From Candidatus Saccharimonadota bacterium (GTDB lineage: Bacteria; Patescibacteriota; Saccharimonadia; Saccharimonadales; UBA10212): a stretch of DNA of 64,000 bases. The DNA lies in assembly GCA_016187125.1 (NCBI GenBank), contig JACPKF010000002.1:1469-65468 (forward strand). Reading direction: 5' to 3'. Position 1 is the stretch's first letter, and the number at the start of each line of letters is the position of its first letter. The notes beneath the pieces are model-generated. The model saw only the letters and a program-made list of their open reading frames with translations. It had not been told where the DNA came from and searched no databases. Positions 1 through 8,958 of this stretch are shown piece after piece. The position numbers were made by a program, and so were the translations under genes.

Positions 1-1181
1 CAAGCCACGAAAAGATTAGCACTGGCGTAGCGGCGGCGGGTACCGCTATCCACTAAATAGTTCTCGGGACTGGCACTGGTCTTGATTGAATAGATCAGAT
101 TGCCGGAATTTATCGGTAGCTGAGCTAAACCCACAATTACGTTACTGACGGCACCGGCGGAAAAGCCCCAGGCATCCATCATTTGCGGCGAGGTAACTCT
201 ATAAGATTTACCACTGTCTACAAAATAAATATCCTGACTGCCACTGGGTCGCATCAACCTGCCAAGTGGCGGTCCTTCGGGTATAGTACCTAGGTAACCG
301 CCAACCATTGTATTGAGTGTCACATTCTGCAAACCCCAAGCCGTTTTTACATCTTCGTTAGCGATATGCTGGCGGATACCACTTTGGAGTACCCACTGGC
401 GCGGATCGCCGTTATCGGCTATTACCAGTGTGAAGTTGTCGCCCTGAGTCGGGCCAAACCAAGAGCTAAAGAAGTTTATAAAATTATAATTGCCGTAATA
501 ATGACTGCCATTGCCAGCTGTTTCGTAACCGCTGTCTGGGCGGTGCGGCGTGTAGGCGTATAAGGCGCCGGTGGCGCAAGTCTGAATCAACGTGGCTTTA
601 TCATCAACGGTTGTGGTATTGCCCAGACGCCACCGGGCATCAACGCTCCAGCCTGGATATGAAGATGAGTTCCCACAGTTGCGATCAACTCCGACTCTCA
701 GCAGCTTAGTGCCTAAATGAATTTGATTGGTAAAGCCAAAGTATTGGGAATCACAGACCGATTGTGATTCCGGGCAACCATAGCCCATGGCCGTTTGGTA
801 CTGACTTTCCAGGGGAAAATCATCAGTCACTAAACTTTGCTCTTTTTGCAGGGTAACTAAAATAACCTGGGGGTTGATACTAAATTCGATAGCTTTGTCA
901 TAAATTATCTGAGCGGCTGACTTGCCATTTTCCGTAAAATTTTTAAGACAGGTGTAGCCAGGGCGGCAAGACGGCACTTTGGCGTTTAAAAAAGCCTGGA
1001 TCCCCGCCGCCGACATCGAGCTAGTCTTGGTAAAAATATCATCGTCAATTATCCTAGCGTTATAGGACGGATCGAGTGGGGTTTTATGTATGCCGTGAGC
1101 CAAAACACTGCCGACCGGCAAGATGGTCCAAACCGTGGTCAAAAAAAACAGACCGAGCCCCAAAAATACCGCCTGCTTCAT
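1..1181 (-). CDS. secreted protein of unknown function; C-terminus cut by the window edge
   Basis: Absent from the ORF track because no stop lies in the window. My reverse-strand translation from the ATG at 1181..1179 stays open to base 1 (MKQAVFLGLGLFFLTTVWTILPVGSVLAHG...TLQKEQSLVTDD...). It has an N-terminal signal peptide, and its start overlaps the stop of ORF 1178..1672 (ATGA). Confidence 0.6.
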   Translation of the reverse strand, partial: MKQAVFLGLGLFFLTTVWTILPVGSVLAHGIHKTPLDPSYNARIIDDDIFTKTSSMSAAGIQAFLNAKVPSCRPGYTCLKNFTENGKSAAQIIYDKAIEFSINPQVILVTLQKEQSLVTDDFPLESQYQTAMGYGCPESQSVCDSQYFGFTNQIHLGTKLLRVGVDRNCGNSSSYPGWSVDARWRLGNTTTVDDKATLIQTCATGALYAYTPHRPDSGYETAGNGSHYYGNYNFINFFSSWFGPTQGDNFTLVIADNGDPRQWVLQSGIRQHIANEDVKTAWGLQNVTLNTMVGGYLGTIPEGPPLGRLMRPSGSQDIYFVDSGKSYRVTSPQMMDAWGFSAGAVSNVIVGLAQLPINSGNLIYSIKTSASPENYLVDSGTRRRYASANLFVA

Positions 1182-1672
1182 CCGGCTATTAACTCCAGAT
1201 CTGTGGCCTCAGCTTTGGCACCATCAGCCATGGTATACAGTTCAAGATAGAGAGTTTCGCCAGTTTTGGGACTTTTTTCCAAAATAATCTCAAAACTAAA
1301 AGCCTGGTTAGTCTTACTACTTGGAGTAATTTCCAGTGAATAATCAGTTAAGACCCCACTGCGCGAGCCTTTGACGATCACGTACAGCTTACCGTCGGAA
1401 CTTTGAGCGCTGCCGGCAATTTTCGTTCCATCCATCAGAATAGCGCCTTTTTTAGGAGCGGTAATCACTATCTTGGGACTGGCAACCAGCGGGCCGGGCG
1501 GCGGTATACTGCTGGAAGGTGGCACAGACTTTTCGGCATCGGATGACGAGCTATTGTTACTAACTGGGGGGCTGTTGTCTTGGCGGTTTAATAAAATAAT
1601 CGCGCCGCCGGCCGCCAGGCCAGCTAGGATAACTAAAATTAAGATTTTTCTGCGGTTCATCATCCAGTACAT
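1178..1672 (-). CDS. membrane-anchored protein with a Ser/Pro-rich linker, function unknown
   Basis: ORF track, 164 aa. N-terminal TM segment ILILVILAGLAAGGAIILL is followed by an SSSS/PPP linker and a beta-rich domain. It sits in the operon downstream of the ABC exporter genes. Confidence 0.6.
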   Translation of the reverse strand: MYWMMNRRKILILVILAGLAAGGAIILLNRQDNSPPVSNNSSSSDAEKSVPPSSSIPPPGPLVASPKIVITAPKKGAILMDGTKIAGSAQSSDGKLYVIVKGSRSGVLTDYSLEITPSSKTNQAFSFEIILEKSPKTGETLYLELYTMADGAKAEATDLELIAG

Positions 1673-1713
1673 TCCAGTTTATTTTTTAGTGTCTGTAGTT
1701 CAATTATACCGCT

Positions 1714-2922
1714 CTAATCGGCTTGACTCCAGCTGCCACTGATATAAAACTCGCCGTTTTGGGTTGATGAGCCTTCCAATATTGTAATAATAGGTACCTT
1801 AATGTCGTAGCTTGTATCAAGTACATCAATCAGCTTGGAGGCGTGGTTATAGACAGCCGCATTTACAAAATAATCTCCCTTGGTTAGCTGGCCGGCTTTT
1901 AGGCGGCAGGTTATCCGGTTTTTACCTTCTTGAGGCTTAAACTGACCAAGGTCGGAAGTGGTATTAATACCGGCCAAATATCGGCCATCGGGACGAACTA
2001 AGAACAGATTAAACTGGACTGGCTCGTTTAAGTTATGGACTCTAAAATCGATATCTACCAAAATATCTTCGCCACGTTCAAAATGCGACGTGGCCTTTTT
2101 TGGCGAACGGGTCTTGAGGTTCAGAAGCTTGAGCGGCGGATTGAGCGGGCGAGATGATTTTGTAGGGCCGGTCTGAACAGACTGCTCAGAAGCTGAGTTG
2201 GCTACTTCATAACGCAGGGCTACTTCCCGGGGTTTACCTATTATCAACATGTGGGAATCGGCAATCATCATGGCCCGATCGCAATACTCCTGAACAGCCC
2301 CCATGTCATGGGTTACAAAAATCACCGTTTTGCCATGGTTTTTAATATCTTTAAAGACGCCGAAGCATTTGCGTTGAAAAGCGGCATCACCAACCGCTAG
2401 GACTTCGTCTATCAGCAAAATGTCGTTATGAGCTTGGATAGCGATTGAAAAAGCCAAGCGCACTTGCATACCGGATGAATAGTTTTTAAGTTTCTGATCC
2501 ATAAATTTTTGAAGTTCGGCAAAGGCTACTATCTCATGATATTTGGCCTTAACCTCTTTTCTGGTCAAACCAAGGATGGCGCCGTTAAGAAAAACGTTTT
2601 CGCGGCCGGTTAGTTCCGGATTAAAACCGATCCCTAGTTCTATAAATGGTGTTAGTGATCCATGAACCTGAACTCGTCCGCTGGTGGGCTGATAAATCCC
2701 GGCGATAATTTTCAAAAGAGTACTTTTGCCGCTACCATTGCGGCCAACAATGCCAAAAAATTCGCCTTTCTTAACTTCAAAGTTAATATCTGATAGTGCT
2801 TGCAGTCTTTCATAAGTTGGCCGTTTAAAATGGACTACCCATTCTTTGAGTGAATTCTTACGCTCATGCGGCAGCTTAAATTCTTTGTAGAGGTTTTTGA
2901 CTGATACGGCTATATCATCCAT
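1714..2922 (-). CDS. wzt: polysaccharide/teichoic-acid ABC exporter ATP-binding protein (Wzt/TagH type) with a C-terminal extension
   Basis: Walker A GRNGSGKST, ABC signature YSSGMQVRLAF and Walker B ILLIDEVLAVGD. About 150 aa follow the NBD, as in Wzt-type exporters. It is adjacent to an ABC-2 permease. Confidence 0.85.
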   Translation of the reverse strand: MDDIAVSVKNLYKEFKLPHERKNSLKEWVVHFKRPTYERLQALSDINFEVKKGEFFGIVGRNGSGKSTLLKIIAGIYQPTSGRVQVHGSLTPFIELGIGFNPELTGRENVFLNGAILGLTRKEVKAKYHEIVAFAELQKFMDQKLKNYSSGMQVRLAFSIAIQAHNDILLIDEVLAVGDAAFQRKCFGVFKDIKNHGKTVIFVTHDMGAVQEYCDRAMMIADSHMLIIGKPREVALRYEVANSASEQSVQTGPTKSSRPLNPPLKLLNLKTRSPKKATSHFERGEDILVDIDFRVHNLNEPVQFNLFLVRPDGRYLAGINTTSDLGQFKPQEGKNRITCRLKAGQLTKGDYFVNAAVYNHASKLIDVLDTSYDIKVPIITILEGSSTQNGEFYISGSWSQAD

Positions 2923-3061
2923 CTAAGCCTCCGGAGGCAATTACCAATTTACAATTCTGCAATTTACAATCAATTTTCAATGACTCAATTTCCAAAGCCT
3001 TGCTTATTTGACCTTTTGGTTCTTGAATGAAAATTGAAAATTGAAAATTGAAAATTTTCAT

Positions 3062-3907
3062 TTAGAGTTCCTCGGCAAAATTACGAGAACTACGGCGGAA
3101 ATACCAAATCGATATAGCTGCCAGAACCAGAATAAAAATTACCGGCCAAACCCGGCCCAAAAACTGAGAATTAAATACCTGCTTGGTTGTCAGCGTTTGG
3201 GGAGTAATAGTTATCGAGCGCATATCCTGAATAATTTGAGTTAAGGGATTAATGCTCAGGAGCTCACGTATTGTTTGGGAGCTGGGATAAGTTAATGGAT
3301 AGAGTATTGGTGTGGCATAAAAAAGGGCTTGCAAAATTACTTCCCAAATGTGGCTAATGTCGCGGAATTTCACGAACAGCGCCGAAAGCGTGAACGAAAC
3401 TGCCAGACAAAGCAGCGCCAACTCGACAATAAGCAAAGGTACGAATACTAAGCTAGCTCGAAAAGGCACGTGGCCTATGATCATAAAAATAATCACTACC
3501 AGCAAGTTAAGGGAAAAGTTGATAAAGGCTGAAAGGGTCGTACTAATGACAATAATGTGTTTGGGGACGGAGACCTTACGAACCAAATCACCACGGCCGG
3601 TAATAGCGTTCAAGCCGCTCATTGTAGATTCGGTAAAGAAAGTCCAAAGAACTATGCCTAGCAGAAGATATGACGGAAAATATGGAACGTCTTTACCGAC
3701 ATTAAATACTTGGGTAAAAACTACATAAAGAACGCCGAACAGCATCAACGGCCGGAGCAGCGACCAAAGATACCCCAGCACCGACCCTTGGTAGCGCAAC
3801 TTAAAATCGCTAGCCACTAGTTCCCTCAGTAAGCTGCGGTTGCTGGCTTTAAAAAATTGCTGGGTTGAATTCACGCTAAACCACCTCCGAATAGAATTTT
3901 TCGGCAA
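3062..3907 (-). CDS. wzm: ABC-2 type polysaccharide exporter permease (Wzm/TagG type)
   Basis: 281-aa polytopic membrane protein with about 6 TM segments, located immediately upstream of the Wzt-like ATPase. Its start overlaps the upstream glycosyltransferase gene. Confidence 0.8.
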   Translation of the reverse strand: MPKNSIRRWFSVNSTQQFFKASNRSLLRELVASDFKLRYQGSVLGYLWSLLRPLMLFGVLYVVFTQVFNVGKDVPYFPSYLLLGIVLWTFFTESTMSGLNAITGRGDLVRKVSVPKHIIVISTTLSAFINFSLNLLVVIIFMIIGHVPFRASLVFVPLLIVELALLCLAVSFTLSALFVKFRDISHIWEVILQALFYATPILYPLTYPSSQTIRELLSINPLTQIIQDMRSITITPQTLTTKQVFNSQFLGRVWPVIFILVLAAISIWYFRRSSRNFAEEL

Positions 3908-5948
3908 TCTTCATTATGGCATCCCAGCGAAACTGGCGGGCGGTTTTTAGGCCCTCAGCTGCTAAACGCTGCCTCAGGGCATGACTCGACTGGAGTTTTT
4001 TAATTGCTTCTGATAAAGCTTGTTCGTCGTCTTGTTCAACCATTAGGCAGTTTTTGCCAGCCAAACTAAAGTCACGATTGCCATGGGCATCGGTACAAAT
4101 TACCGGGCAGCCGGCGGCCATGGCTTCCAGAATCGGTAAACAAAAACCTTCGTGGCGGCTGGTTTGGACAAAAAAAGTAGCTTGGTTGTAAAGCTTATTT
4201 ACTTCACTGTTCTGCGGTTTTTTAAAGTAGGTAATTTTTCGGTCAAGTCTAGCCATTTCTGGCTCCGCGCCATAAAGCCACATCTCGGGACGCTTGTCAC
4301 CCAGCAGTTTCCAACCTCTAAAAGTCATCGGAAAGTTTTTTTGGAAAAAGCTGCGGCCGACTGCCAGCATCACATTGGCTTGGCGCTCGACATTTTTCAG
4401 CGGATGGTAGATTTTGTCGTCATAGCCACAGGGCAATAGCGTGGCCTCAAGACCTATGGCCCTAAGTTCTTCCTGGTTGGAAGACGAGATGGTTAAATTA
4501 CGAAATTCCTTACGGTAACAAGAGACTACTACCGACTGGGCTACGATATCATCTGGATAAAACCATGTTTCGAATTCCGAAACCATATATACCGGAATAC
4601 CCCTTTTAACCGAAGCTAGCCAAACCGGAAAGGCTGTTTCCCACCAAGTGGCGACTTTTATGGCGTCTTCATGAGACAAAGCTTGGGTTAGGCGGTCATA
4701 ATTTTTAAAAGTTCGAATTTTTATCTTATCGGAGAAATCCCAGATGGGACGATCTCTGTCTAGCCCCCAAATTTCAATGTCAAAATTACGCTCTGATAAG
4801 CGGTTAGCCTGCTCAAAAATATTCTTTATTCCCCCAGACAAGCCAAAGGTTTGGAGCACAAAAATAATTCGGCGCTTCCCTGCAGCGTTTGTCACTCTTC
4901 GTTTATCAAACCAGTCGCCCCATTTGTTCCAAAAATAATCGATTGATTGTTTTTCTTTGACGGACATGGTTTTGTGTTTTGCCCTAGTAGCTGACTCCAC
5001 GTGGGTCAGGGTGGCTGAAGGGAAGTATAAGGTTCGATAGCCAGCTTCCCAACCGCGCAGGCACAAATCAACATCCTCAAAAGCAAATTCAAAGTTGGTA
5101 TCAACCCCGCCAACGTAATCCAAAAGTTCCCGTTTTATATACAAACAGGCACCAGTCATAAACAGACAATAATGCGGCACGTTGGCCGGGCCATAATTAG
5201 ACTCTTGGAAACGATAATAGTGGTCAAACCACTTCGGCTGATCGGTGTTACGATGGCCGCCGGCGCTCTGGATACGGCCATCCGGATAAAGCAGTTTTGG
5301 CCCAACGATGCCGGTATCAACACCAAATTCATAGGCTCCGTATTGCAGGGCTTCCAGCCAGCCTTGGTGGGCGATGATATCGCTGTTGAGCAGCACTACG
5401 TCGTGTTTTTTGTCAGCTGCTTCCAGACCGCTATTGACGGCTTTGGCAAAACCGCCATTTTGTTTGCGGTAAAGCACCTTAACTTGTCCGTCTTCCAAAG
5501 TTTTCAGATACTGGCGGCTGGCGGACGTACAATAATCATCAACTATCAAAATCGATACCATCTCAGGGTCAGTAGTTGTTTTAAGGCTGTCGACACAAGA
5601 AGCCAGTACCTCAAAGTCGTTATAGCTAGGGATAACGATAGTTACTGGTTTGGCATGCTTGGCATACCAGGGTGTTATCGCCTCAGACGATACGCCACTG
5701 ACCAAGCCGTTCGGCAGAGCCCAGCTATCACCAAGTCCCGATGCCCGACGGTCAAAGCTAATTAGCTCATGCTTGAATTTACGTATAAAAGCCGAGGGGC
5801 CAAAGCGAAATAAATATAGGGTAGCCAAAAAAATCGTCCTGATGGGTCCTTTACCTCGGTATTTAAAGTTCCCGTGGGCGGCTCTTCTGAGAATTTTTTT
5901 AAAGACTCGGAATAGTATTTTAAACTTATTCATCCCGTTAGATCTCAC
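3876..5948 (-). CDS. two-domain glycosyltransferase (N-terminal GT2-like, C-terminal GT4/GT1-like)
   Basis: The N-terminal half has VTIVIPSYND...ILIVDD...LLNSD (GT2-type). The C-terminal half has RHEGFCLPILEAMAAGCPVICTD (GT4 E-x7-E region). Confidence 0.8.
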   Translation of the reverse strand: MRSNGMNKFKILFRVFKKILRRAAHGNFKYRGKGPIRTIFLATLYLFRFGPSAFIRKFKHELISFDRRASGLGDSWALPNGLVSGVSSEAITPWYAKHAKPVTIVIPSYNDFEVLASCVDSLKTTTDPEMVSILIVDDYCTSASRQYLKTLEDGQVKVLYRKQNGGFAKAVNSGLEAADKKHDVVLLNSDIIAHQGWLEALQYGAYEFGVDTGIVGPKLLYPDGRIQSAGGHRNTDQPKWFDHYYRFQESNYGPANVPHYCLFMTGACLYIKRELLDYVGGVDTNFEFAFEDVDLCLRGWEAGYRTLYFPSATLTHVESATRAKHKTMSVKEKQSIDYFWNKWGDWFDKRRVTNAAGKRRIIFVLQTFGLSGGIKNIFEQANRLSERNFDIEIWGLDRDRPIWDFSDKIKIRTFKNYDRLTQALSHEDAIKVATWWETAFPVWLASVKRGIPVYMVSEFETWFYPDDIVAQSVVVSCYRKEFRNLTISSSNQEELRAIGLEATLLPCGYDDKIYHPLKNVERQANVMLAVGRSFFQKNFPMTFRGWKLLGDKRPEMWLYGAEPEMARLDRKITYFKKPQNSEVNKLYNQATFFVQTSRHEGFCLPILEAMAAGCPVICTDAHGNRDFSLAGKNCLMVEQDDEQALSEAIKKLQSSHALRQRLAAEGLKTARQFRWDAIMKIAEKFYSEVV

Positions 5949-6009
5949 TCAACTTCCGTATCTCAATAGACGTCTGAACACCTATGCCTGGTTCGACGTA
6001 TAGATAAGC

Positions 6010-7047
6010 ATGGTAAGACTTTTGAGATCTAACGGGATTCATCGGTTGATTAACTCTTCACCACTATACCATATGGGGTGGTCTCTGCCGTACAATGAAG
6101 CTATGGCTAGTACAGTTTTAATAACTGGGGTTAACGGCTTTGTTGGCAAGCACCTGGCGCGTGAACTTAAAAAACGAGGTGTTAAAGTTATTGGCGTTGG
6201 TCGGGAAGTCTCACTGGCGCCCGAGTTGCAAAATACGCTTAGTGATTACTGGGTCTGTGACCTTACCCATAAAGCAGCGGTTACCAAACTTCCCTTAAAA
6301 TCTATTGAGGGGCTAATAAGCCTGGCAGGACTAGCCCGGGTTGGTGATTCTTTTGCCGACCCGGAAAAATATGAAGCTGTTAATGTCGGTGTTTTAGCTA
6401 ATCTTTGCCAGGATCTGCTTGGCAAAAAACTAAACCCAAGAATTATAGCTGTCAGCACTGCTGCGGTTTATGAGCCAAATCAGCCTTTGCCTCTGACCGA
6501 AAACTCCAAACTAACCAAAGACGGTTCGCCTTACGCTATGAGCAAACTTTTAATGGAGCGCTCGGCCAGCCAGTTTCGCGCCCGAGGCCTAGAGTTAATA
6601 ATTGTCCGGCCCTTTAATCATATCGGGCCGGGGCAGGAAGAGGGTTTTTTGGTGCCTGACTTGTTCGCCAAACTCAGGGCGGCAAAATTTTCCGGCGAGA
6701 CTATAAAAGTTGGCAACTTATCAACTAAGCGTGACTACACGGACGTGCGCGATGTAGCTAGAGCTTATGCTGATTTGGCGCTGGCTGGTTCACTGGATTA
6801 TGATCTTTATAACATTGGCAGCGGCAAAAGTGTGGCCGGCCAACAAATGCTAAATCTCTTGCTGGAGAAAACCGGCAAAAGTGGTCAGATCAAGATTGAG
6901 ACCGATAGTTCGCTACTCAGGCCCAACGATATTGCCGACATATTTGGCAGTTACCAGCGCTTAAACCAACAGACTGGCTGGAAGCCTCTTATTCCGCTGG
7001 AAAAAACTATTGAGGATTTTGTTAATTCATTCGACTCATCCGCCTGA
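6010..7047 (+). CDS. NAD-dependent epimerase/dehydratase (extended SDR); candidate GDP-4-keto-6-deoxy-D-mannose reductase (Rmd-like)
   Basis: Rossmann motif ITGVNGFVGKHL and catalytic YAMSK (YxxxK). It is convergent with gmd. The real start is probably the ATG at 6103 (MASTVLITG...), 7 nt after a TACAAT hexamer. The Rmd assignment is by context only. Confidence 0.7.
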   Translation: MVRLLRSNGIHRLINSSPLYHMGWSLPYNEAMASTVLITGVNGFVGKHLARELKKRGVKVIGVGREVSLAPELQNTLSDYWVCDLTHKAAVTKLPLKSIEGLISLAGLARVGDSFADPEKYEAVNVGVLANLCQDLLGKKLNPRIIAVSTAAVYEPNQPLPLTENSKLTKDGSPYAMSKLLMERSASQFRARGLELIIVRPFNHIGPGQEEGFLVPDLFAKLRAAKFSGETIKVGNLSTKRDYTDVRDVARAYADLALAGSLDYDLYNIGSGKSVAGQQMLNLLLEKTGKSGQIKIETDSSLLRPNDIADIFGSYQRLNQQTGWKPLIPLEKTIEDFVNSFDSSA

Positions 7048-7181
7048 GGGCGGACTTGTTCAGCATTAATCTCTTCGAGCCTGAGCTGATTCGGTCTGGG
7101 CCTCAGAGCCGAAGGCTTGAGCTAGTCGCCCGTTCGATAAACTCAGGGCGACCCTGAACGATAGTCGAATGGGTCGAAGGG

Positions 7182-8222
7182 TTAAAAGCCGGGCTTGAAC
7201 CGTTTTAGGTCGGCATCAACCATCAACTTAATTAGTTCGGAAAATGTGGTTTTTGGTTCCCAGCCCAGCTCCTTTTTAGCCAGCGAGTAGTCGCCTTTGA
7301 GTTCTTTGATCTCGGTCGGGCGAAAGAATTTTTTATCCTCGATCGTATAATCTTTCCAATCCAAGCCAACATGGGCAAAAGCCACGGCCAAAGCATCTTT
7401 GACTGAGTAAGAAGTGTTGGTCCCAATAACATAATCTTTTGGGATTTTATTTTGCAGTATCAACCACATGGCCTCGACATATTCTTTAGCATATCCCCAA
7501 TCGCGCTTGGTACTGGTATCACCCATATGCAGCTTGCCGTCAGAGTCAATCAGCGGTTCGCCGGCTTCATTAATCGGCGGATTTTTAACCTTGTTTTTAA
7601 TGCAGGCCACCCCAGCCGTAATCTTGCGGGTTACAAAATGCAAGCTACGCCGCGGACTTTCATGATTAAATAAAATACCGCCGCAGGCAAACATGCCATA
7701 AGACTCGCGGTAACAGCGGGTTATCATATGGGCGTAAGTTTTAGCAATCCCGTAAGGATTATTGGCATCAAGCGGCGTTGATTCGTTGGCGCTGGCGGCC
7801 TTTATATTACCGAAAATTTCTCGGCTGGTGGCTTGATAAACCCGGGCACCCGGCGCAAAATTCCGCACTGCTTCAAAAACTCTCACCGGTCCTAGGGCCG
7901 TAACTTCACCGGTATAAATCGGGTGCGTCCAGCTATCAGCCGGTATTGATTGGGCGGCGATATTATAAACCTCATCCGGCCTTACTGACTTTATAACTTC
8001 ATTTAAGCTGGTCTGATCAATTAAATCGGCCGCTTGTATTTTTATTTTGCCGTAAAGATGAGCTAGATTGGGGTGCTGATAACCAGTTGTGCGGCGAATG
8101 GTACCGGTAACTTCGTAGCCTTTGGCCAGCAGAAGATCTGCCAGATATGACCCATCTTGTGACGAAACTCCAATAATAACTGCTTTTTTAGCCACCATTG
8201 CTCCCTTAGTTACTGCAACCAT
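7182..8222 (-). CDS. gmd: GDP-mannose 4,6-dehydratase
   Basis: Motifs IIGVSSQDGSYLADLLLAKGYEV, NPYGIAKTYAH (YxxxK) and GILFNHESPRRS are hallmark GMD sequences. Confidence 0.9.
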   Translation of the reverse strand: MVAVTKGAMVAKKAVIIGVSSQDGSYLADLLLAKGYEVTGTIRRTTGYQHPNLAHLYGKIKIQAADLIDQTSLNEVIKSVRPDEVYNIAAQSIPADSWTHPIYTGEVTALGPVRVFEAVRNFAPGARVYQATSREIFGNIKAASANESTPLDANNPYGIAKTYAHMITRCYRESYGMFACGGILFNHESPRRSLHFVTRKITAGVACIKNKVKNPPINEAGEPLIDSDGKLHMGDTSTKRDWGYAKEYVEAMWLILQNKIPKDYVIGTNTSYSVKDALAVAFAHVGLDWKDYTIEDKKFFRPTEIKELKGDYSLAKKELGWEPKTTFSELIKLMVDADLKRFKPGF

Positions 8223-8238
8223 TCTACCAAACCTGCTG

Positions 8239-8265
8239 CTGCTGCAAGGCTAGGCCTTGCAGCAG
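8239..8265. repeat. perfect 12-bp-stem hairpin (ctgctgcaaggc-tag-gccttgcagcag) beside the RAYT-like gene
   Basis: Read directly; the two arms are exact reverse complements. It lies in the divergent spacer between gmd and the transposase gene. Confidence 0.8.
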
Positions 8266-8291
8266 TGAGGTGAGTTTAGTACTATTATCAG

Positions 8292-8906
8292 ATGCCCGCT
8301 AAAAATCGAATAAAGATCTATGTGCCAGAGGCTTTTTATCATGTATACAACCGGGGGCTCGACAAACAACTGATCTTTATCGACAATACTGATTATTCTG
8401 TCTTCCTTAGTTTGTTTAAACGATATTTGGCTAATGAAACTGTTAAAGATCCCTCGAGAAGAACCTACGAAAAATTAGCCAACGAAGTAGAACTTCTGGC
8501 CTATTGCCTGATTCCTAACCACTTTCATTTACTTATTTACCAGATTGATTCAATGGGTATGCCAAAACTTGTGCAACGGGTCCTTACTTCATACTCAATG
8601 TATTTCAATAAAAAGTATAAGAGGACTGGACCGTTATTTCAGGATACCTATAGGGCGAGTCAGATCTCTTCGGATGAGTACCTACAACATGTATCACGCT
8701 ATATTCACCTCAACCCTAAAAATTGGCGGCATTGGGACTTTTCAAGTCTAAGATATTATCAGGGCAGTCAAAAAGCCGACTGGATAAATGTAAGCCGTGT
8801 CTTAAGAATTTTTCGTAATAATAAAGAATATTTGGAATTTGTTGCCGATTATGAAGATTATAAAAGATCAATTGATGAAATCAAATACGAATTGGCAGAT
8901 CATTAA
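8292..8906 (+). CDS. IS200/IS605-type Y1 HUH transposase, REP-associated tyrosine transposase (RAYT)-like
   Basis: Motifs YHVYNRG, CLIPNHFHLLI (HUH) and SRYIHLNP (catalytic Tyr region) match the Y1_Tnp/RAYT family. Confidence 0.8.
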   Translation: MPAKNRIKIYVPEAFYHVYNRGLDKQLIFIDNTDYSVFLSLFKRYLANETVKDPSRRTYEKLANEVELLAYCLIPNHFHLLIYQIDSMGMPKLVQRVLTSYSMYFNKKYKRTGPLFQDTYRASQISSDEYLQHVSRYIHLNPKNWRHWDFSSLRYYQGSQKADWINVSRVLRIFRNNKEYLEFVADYEDYKRSIDEIKYELADH

Positions 8907-8958
8907 TTCGCTGCAGTCCATAGCCTAAAAAGCTTATAAAAATAGCTATAATTATGAG

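Noticed and set aside
1178-1181. Alternative genetic code (UGA as sense, as in some CPR lineages)
   Set aside because: TGA is used as a terminator at well-supported gene ends, for example the ATGA overlap here and at 28350..28353 and 36156..36159. Conserved proteins translate full length with the standard code.
3028-3055. Possible CRISPR array or other regular repeats (tgaaaat x4 here; tgtggac, tagc and ggtgaca word repeats elsewhere)
   Set aside because: The units are 7-10 nt tandem or hairpin words without spacers of constant length, and no cas genes are present. This is not CRISPR architecture.
6091-6105. Leaderless transcription of the Rmd-like gene from a TACAAT box 7 nt before the ATG at 6103
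   Set aside because: This is a single hexamer match with no -35 or other support, and an upstream in-frame start at 6010 cannot be excluded by eye.
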